Origin: Nemertoderma westbladi
Lineage: Eukaryota; Animalia; Xenacoelomorpha
Assembly (NCBI GenBank): GCA_032718475.1
Contig: JAUCBJ010007649.1
Coordinates: 51,577-115,576, forward strand
DNA: 64,000 bases
Direction of reading: 5' to 3'
The notes beneath the pieces are model-generated. The model was not told the origin of the DNA. It ran no database searches and saw nothing but the letters and a program-made list of their open reading frames with translations. Below are positions 56,923 through 64,000 of this stretch, one piece after another (position 1 is the first letter of the stretch; each line of letters begins with the position of its first letter). Position numbers and translations under genes: made by a program.

Positions 56923-58770
56923 AGCACCATTCCCAATATTATCTGTTAAATCAATTAAATCTTCTAAATCAATTAAATTATTAGAATTATTAGAATTTGA
57001 AACGGGGTTATTATTTAAATTATTTTGTGTATTTAGATTTAAGATTTAGATTTAGATTTATTTAGATTTTGTATACGTGAAGGACTATACAAGGAACGCT
57101 ATAATCCAGGATTTGAATGTCAATTACATCGGGACAGAACCCATAAGACCATGAGTTGTAAGCACTGGCAAGCGTTGCCCAAACAAGATCGTATAGCCTA
57201 CACAGACGCAAATGGACTATGTCATCGTTGTGTGGTAGAAGGACACAGATCCGGAGAGTGTAGAGAAACAGCAATAGGAGAGGATGGGACTGGAGGCCAA
57301 ACCATGGCTACAAGCACAACAGTAGCAAGAAGGAAGAGGAAAGTACTACTCGGGGTAGTACCAGTGAAGATATCAGGAAGGGGCGGTCGATCAGTTACGA
57401 CATTAATGCTGGTCGACAGTGGAGCAGCCTTCACGCTGGTGGAGAATTGGGTGGCCGAAGAGATAGGGCTAAAGACGAGGCCGAATAGGATGGCGGTAAC
57501 TACCGTCTCAGGTAAGGATGAGGTCCTGGAGATGAGGACGGGGCGGTGCAAGATAGCAGCGATAGCACCGGGATGCGATTATGGGGTGACGATCGACCCC
57601 ATCCACGTGATAGAATCGATAAATATCAACGCCAGGCGACCAACCAACATCGAAGTCGAACAATATAGATTCCTGGACAGTATCGATTTCTCAATACCAG
57701 AGCTGGACGTTAGGAAGGTATCCATTATAGTAGGAATGGACTGCCCGGCGGCCCACGAGAGAATGCCGACGGTCTTCGGGAAGACAGACAGCAGGATCCG
57801 ACGGCGATCCTCATGCCGTTCGGATGGATGCTTAGCGGCCCAGTTAAAACCAAGATTCCTTCCAGGGTGACGGAGACATCAGGGTGCATGTTACCAGGCA
57901 CCGTAAACGCAGAGGACGAAGAGAAGAAACAGGAGATGGTAGATGAGCCAGACGGGGAAGTAACAGTAGGAGAGTGGGCGGAGGAGAATGGATTTGACGC
58001 GGAAGACTTAGAGGCAATGGAATGGAACAAGGGTCCCAACAAGTATCGGTACGGGGATGGAGAGGAGTGGACGGCGAGATGTCCGGAGGACAACCCGGAG
58101 GAGCGGACGGCAAGATGTCCAGAGGACAACAGTCTGGAGGAGTGTCCGGATGAGTGTCGGAAGGAGTGTCCAGAGGAGTGTCCGGAAGAGACGCCGGTCC
58201 GGTTGGGAGGCATACCGACAAGGGGGGGGGGGTTTCAGTAAGAAGACAGGATGGAGAGGGGTAGGATTACTATTGTTCGTTCTGTTCTATCTATTATTCC
58301 GATTTCCTTTCATTCTGCCGCCTGGAGAACAGATGAAGGGTGGCATTTTGCTGCCAGGAGATAAGGAAGTTAAGAAGGCGGCTGAGAGACCCGATTTTAG
58401 GGTGGCGGAAGAGGGAGAACCAATTCCTGATGAGTTGGAATTGGCGAGGAAAGTGGGTCGAAAGATAAGAGGAGGTACAGGGGGGCAGCGGGACAGTGCC
58501 TCATGGAAGAATCGATGGAAGATCAATGGGCACCTTAGAGTTTAGTCGTCCAATATGTTGGACTGAGGGGGGTGGGAATGAGGGCGAGACGCCCTTCCCA
58601 CAAGGAGTAAAAAAAAATAAGTAAAAATAATAAAATAATCAAATAATTAAATAAGTAAGTAGAAAGTTAGAAGAGTAGTAAGTAGCAAGTTAGTAGAAGT
58701 AAGTAGTAGTCAGAAAGTTAATAAATCGCGTAAATAAGACGCGTAAATAAATCAAACCCGTCGGGATCCT
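56923..58770 (+). mobile_element. Rearranged internal fragment of an E3-family LTR element
   Basis: 56923-~57025 matches the reverse complement of about 43600-43679; 57073-57260 matches 45269-45457; 58535-58600 matches 45765-45831. The right boundary is approximate. Confidence 0.8.
57151..57870 (+). pseudogene. BEL-type Gag knuckle plus aspartic protease fragment
   Basis: LCHRCVVEGHRSGEC; GVVPVKISG...MLVDSGA; IIVGMD; frameshift into PFGWMLSGP. Confidence 0.8.
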
Positions 58771-58981
58771 CTGATCCTGCCACAGTGGAGAAGGTGGATT
58801 GGGTGGTGGCAAGCGAACATCTTCAGATGGTGAAATATCTGTTATACTTGTTCTTGGTGGGGTTATGGTAGAGTGAGCATGGTTGAAGTTCTGGTGATTT
58901 GAGTACTTATTGATGACTGGGATGATGTAGAAACTTGTTCTAGTACTACTAGTATCGGCATGCTGCATTGCAGCTGCATTT

Positions 58982-59713
58982 TTAAGAATGCTGTCCCGGC
59001 TTGTCGACAAAATTGCGCCGCCACAACTCCCTATCACCCATGACATTTGCTAGATCATCCGCATCTTCAAGGCCAGTGTCCTTTAAGATGCGTCTCAAGA
59101 AAGTCATGGGCTGTCCACCATGCTTATTCACTCCATGAGGCTGCCAAAGTACAAGATTATGCACTGGCTGGTCCTCATGGCGAAAGCAATGTCCTGCAAA
59201 GCGGAGGCGATTTTGTTCTAGTGTCAAGCTTGGGGGAACCAATGAGACACCTCCAATGTTATATAGTGTCTGGTTGGAGATGTGTGCATTATACTTGACA
59301 CAATGAACCCAGCGTAGCATTCTTGTGAATGTACCATCCAGAGATTTGGTGTCCTCAGCAGTTAGAGCCCAGCATGGACTCCCATAGATGAGTACTGGAA
59401 CTACTGCTGCTCTAAATAATCGGACCTTAAGTTTCCGATTAATTCTCGGTGACTTCCAAATCCTGGAAAGCCTATTCAAGGCTGCCCATGCCTTTTCCTT
59501 ACGTATTCGAAGGTCCTCACCTGACTTCCGGATCCATGATCCCAGGTAACAGAACTCGTCCACATGCTCAAGAATACCATCCTTTGAGCTTATGCTCATC
59601 CAATCAGAGACTTGCTGAGAACTTTCAAAGTTAACTGTCAAAATTTTGGTCTTTCTGGAGTTAATAAAAAGACCAACACTAGAAGCAGCATGTTCTAATG
59701 AGCTGAGGAGCCG
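58982..59713 (-). mobile_element. 5'-truncated RTE-like non-LTR retrotransposon (RT C-terminal part)
   Basis: GLFINSRKTKIL...VDEFCYLGSWI...IWKS...PVLIYGSPCW...RLRFAGHCFR; the frame stays open upstream of the listed 59641 start. Confidence 0.88.
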
Positions 59714-60439
59714 GAGATTCCATCGCGGAGGCTAGAGATTCCATGGGATATATCGGTTGTGGACTAGGTATTGAGTGAGTTCCCTTTGTATTGTGCGATA
59801 CATTGGGAGTTAGGGAACCACTTTTAGCAGTAGAAACTCATGGCATAGAACAATCTCCTAACCCAGACCTTGTAATGATGTTATGCTGACCCAAACACTC
59901 TATACTGCATTATCTCTTCCTGTAGTAAGGAATTGGCTTATTGCATTCTCCACAAGTTCTGACAGAATGCAGACTCTCCAATAATTGTGATGCTTGCATC
60001 ACTATTAATGGAACCATCTTTCTGGGATGTCCTATAATTTCCTTTGTAAGATTTTCCACAATATTTCCCTCCTACGCGAATTGTTGCAGAGCAGTTTCTA
60101 CATGATCCAGATTTATGTGGCAGTAAATTATCTATATAACAACTTCTGCAATACTCCTTCCCCCTTGGAGCATCATGAATGTTACAGTTCTTACTCTTTG
60201 CTATACTTCTTCTATTAAGTGGAATTTCCTGATGACTACTCGAATCTATTAATTGGTCTTGGTTCCAGTATTCTCCTACAGATGACTCGGTATCACTCCC
60301 TCCCTTCATACTCACATATTTCTTCTTATTATGTTTCTTTCCACACTTTTGACAATATAAGAAATCACCTCTCTCAATATGTCTTGGATTTCTATTTATT
60401 TTTATATTTCATGCCGATGGGGGTGACGATGGGGGCGAT

Positions 60440-62401
60440 GCCGAAGGAGTTTGTATATATGTAATATCACGAATTCTATATGAGCTAATATTTGTGAAAA
60501 AGTATTTCTCTGTCAATGATATAAATCGTAGAGAAAAATCATTTATATTTGATCATTCATCTATACCACCATTTTTTGACGAGCAAAAGTTGAGGAACCA
60601 AAAAATTAACTTCTCTGCCATTCAAATGCTAAATTTTGTTTTGATGTTCGCGGTATTTCAACTTTTCATAACGCGAGTTGAATATTTTTCGGATTTATTT
60701 ATAATGAATATTCCAATATCAGTACTGGGTGCGGGAACATGGAATTTGGGTATATTCAATGGACTGGGGGCGATTTACGGGCGAATATTAGGGCGACTTA
60801 CGGGGCACGGGACTCATATCAGATATTTAAGGGCCAAGGGTGGGAAGCAAAATCAAGCAGTACTCAGGTTTACCTGATACTATTAGGCCTAGCCAACTTC
60901 CTACTGCCTGTAGAGGTAGTTTTGGTAACTCGCTAGGCCTAGGGACAAGGACTGCCCTTAGCAGTTCTTGGCCAACAGCAGTTATTATGAGCCTGAAAGG
61001 GACTCGGAAAGTCTGCTGATTGCATCAGGGATTTGCGACGGGAACTGACAGACAGATCCTTAGCGGTCCCTGGTCACCGACTTGACCGACCCTTAGCCAA
61101 GCCGTACCGCTTTCCTGATGACCGATCCCTTCGGGGTTCGGGAAGGGTGGGACGGACACGCAACAGGGTCGACCGAAACCGATACTACGGTACCGGGACT
61201 AGGACCGAGGGAAAATGGGGAACATTAGTTAGGTTAAAATCTAAAGTGAACAGTGGGTAATTAATTAATGTACTGTAGGAATTTATATGTTCGTGTATTA
61301 TTGTGAATATTTGGTATATTGGTGTGGGGAAGCCCAATTTATTCTCAATCAGGATTCATTCAGAGTTTAGTCCCCGATGAATATTTCCAACCAATGCAAC
61401 TTTTTCTCGACTGCAATCTTGCATCTCAGATAGGACTCCTTCTCCACTCCCAATATCCGGTGACTGGCCGGAATCCTGTGGTCTGAAAATTCCGCCTCCA
61501 GCATCGGCGTTTTCCCCATGGTGTCGGGAATAACGGCAACATTTGGCATTACCATTGTTAGTTGGTGATTTTGTCTCTAAAGGATGTGATATATGGTCTG
61601 TAGCTCTCAAACTTCGTGAAATTGTTCTTTTTTGCATGGTGTCCTTCTTTTGAACAAAGTGAACTGAAACTATTCAACATTTCTATAGCAGAATTCTTGG
61701 AAGTTTACATAAGAACCTTTAAACTTGAAAGGTTACAATTAAAGTTCCACAATTTAATTCATTATCCGGAATCCATAGTTAGATGTGGTCCTTTATTGTG
61801 GAACTGGAGCTTAAGATGTGAATCAAAACATAGAAATTTAAAACGCACTGCTTCCGTTATTCGTAATTTTTTTATAAATATTGCAAAAACCTTAACTAAA
61901 TGGCACCAACTAACACAAGCCTTTCGGTGTTTAAGTGGTTATGGATTTTCATTGGCCGCCGAGCCTAATTTTAAGTCTTCTGATGTAATTATTCTTAATT
62001 CCCTATCTGATAATTATAAAACTGAGGTAGATCGGGCTTTAGGATATTATGGATTATTTCGGGAAATTCAAACAGTTAGCAATATTGAAATTTTTGGTGT
62101 TTCTTACAGTGTAGGCAATGTTGTATGTTTACCATACAGTGAGGCAGTGCTTCCTTTACATAGATTTTGTGTTATTCATTTTATTTTTATTCGTGATAAT
62201 AAAGTTACCACGTTTTTAGTAAAAAATTTACACACTGAATCATTTAATGATCATTGATCATTACCAGTGCTATGAAGTTGAATTAGACAATGATATTTGT
62301 TATATATCAATAAGTAATATTTACTCACTTTTGAGTCCATGGCCACTTAAACTTAGAAAGATTGAAGGTTTACTTTGTGTTTCTTTGAGGCACATGCTTT
62401 A
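60440..62401 (+). pseudogene. Decayed CACTA/EnSpm-superfamily transposase C-terminal region, interrupted by a solo LTR
   Basis: EGVCIYVISRILYELI...SAIQM...LPLLVGDFV...W...KFHNLIHYPESIVRCGPLLWNWSLRCESKH...NIAKTL...HQ; frameshift near 61630 and a stop at 62257. Confidence 0.75.
60645..61541. mobile_element. Probable solo LTR (897 bp)
   Basis: TGTT...AACA termini; near-TSD TTTGA/TTTGG; removal restores the transposase frame (NFVL-A-LPLLVGD). Confidence 0.7.
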
Positions 62402-63571
62402 GCTTTAGTATAGTATATATGTATAGTTGTAGAGTATATATCCGTTAATGAGTCATTGCCATTCTCTTCAAAAGTTGCCAAATTCATATAATCTAGCATT
62501 TGTCCTTAAATATTGACTTTTATCTATTGTTTTCTTGAAATAAAGGAAAATATTTTAATATATCTAAAGGAAATTCTTGGCAACTTTTGAAGCTAAGTTT
62601 TACTATGTGTATCTCTAGAGAGTTTTTTAAATATCTGTACATCTGTAAACAAAATTTGCAATGGTTTTTACAGGGACATACATATTTTATACTATTTTAT
62701 ATATTTTTTCTGAAATATGTAATGCCTTAAGTTTGGATTATTCTGGATTAGTTATATATATATACGAACCAGGAAAATACATTTATATACTTTATTCTGG
62801 AATACGTACCGGTAATGCCTAATATACGTACCAGTATATACATGACAGTTGCAATCATGGTGTTTTGCAGTGTTTGTAATGATGAATTGAGATCCTTGGC
62901 GATATACCTCTTTCCTTTTTGGGGGTTATGCATAACATTAATGTGAATAAGGATAAATTAATTAGTGGACATGATGGCTGTCAGCTTGATTTTTATAGGT
63001 TCTATTCCTTATCTCAACACATACACAAATTTTGAAGCTAATATTGTTTTACAATGTGTATCTCTTAGAGAGTTTTTTAAATATCTGTATATCTGTAAAC
63101 AAAATTCGCAATATTTGGTTTTTATATGTTTGTCAAATATTTAACAATATGTTCTTACAAATATTGTTAATATATCTTGCCAATTCTGAAAGATTGAAAT
63201 TTCCACATGTCTATTTTGACAAGATATGATATAGATCCTGACAAGATATTAATTTAAGTTTTCACCAGATATTTTTGACAAGAATATCCCGAATATTCTG
63301 ACAAGATAAAGGACAAGTGTATTTAACTAGATATATCTTGTCATTCTATATTTTTTTTTGTCAATTTGACTGAACGTTTTTTAAGAGTGTGCATTTGGAA
63401 GAATATTTGAATGATAACAAATTGTCATCAAGTTATCAAGTAATTTGCTGAAATGCACCATCGTTGTCGACATAATATGATGGCCAAGTTTGTCTCAAAA
63501 CTTTAAAAAATTATACATCTTTAAGTTTCCATATGCTGCAAAGCTATCATGATCATGGGGCAGCTGGAAAT

Positions 63572-63706
63572 GGAAGCAGGACAATTCGGTCCCGGACAAT
63601 TCGGTCCGGACAATTCGGTCCCGGACAATTCGGTCCCGGACAATTTGGTCCCATTAATTTTATGTTTTGGGACCGAATTGTCCGGGACCGAATTGTCCGG
63701 ATACTG
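63572..63706. mobile_element. Small foldback/MITE-like element made of 15-bp GGACAATTCGGTCCC units
   Basis: Five forward units (63579-63652) and two inverted units (63669-63700); TSD not resolved. Confidence 0.6.
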
Positions 63707-63717
63707 ACTAGGACTGA

Positions 63718-63923
63718 TTATTCTCAATCAGGATTGTAACAGGATTAACTACATTAAAGAATATATCCAACCAATGCAGCTTTTTCTCAACCGCAATCCT
63801 GCATCTAAGAAATTCCTCCTTCTCCACAATCAATATCCGGTGACTGGCCGGGACTCCGTGGTCTGTAAAGCCCCGCCTCCAGCATCGGCGTTTTTCCCCC
63901 CTGGTGTCGGGATAAAGGCAACA
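63718..63923. repeat. Diverged partial copy of the solo-LTR end (61339-61541)
   Basis: TTATTCTCAATCAGGATT...GGTGTCGGGA...GGCAACA shared in direct orientation. Confidence 0.8.
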
Positions 63924-64000
63924 AACATATTTATTATAAGATTTTAAACATTGTAAATAATTATTAAAAAAATATAATAAACTTACGGTTATTGCATATT

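Noticed and set aside
59938-60315. Minus-strand ORF with CxxC pairs
   Set aside because: Short, one Cys pair incomplete, no recognisable family; left unassigned.

Overview
Repeat-dense eukaryotic (animal-like) heterochromatin with no host gene. A 24/62-bp satellite array (1-4441, 22723-28527) carries two very large BEL/Pao LTR retrotransposons, E1 (4442-22722) and E2 (28528-56922). E2 contains a nested young non-autonomous LTR element, E3 (41493-48803), and a piggyBac-type non-autonomous element (50735-52286). The right end holds an E3-family fragment, an RTE-like LINE fragment, a decayed CACTA/EnSpm transposase, a solo LTR and a small foldback element. Main observations: (1) E1 and E2 both carry an extra non-env ORF of about 1250 aa downstream of gag-pol, with a Cys/His domain, a WRN/EXD/Mut-7-like 3'-5' exonuclease domain and three CCHC knuckles. 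(2) None of the three LTR elements has a tRNA primer-binding site. Each has a 9-12 nt segment inside its own LTR that is exactly complementary to the bases right after the 5' LTR, and a second copy of that site 66-71 nt downstream, suggesting tRNA-independent self-priming in BEL/Pao elements. (3) E2 carries 11 same-strand copies of a 20-nt hairpin that ignores reading frame. Family and domain calls come from motif recognition by eye; no database search was run.
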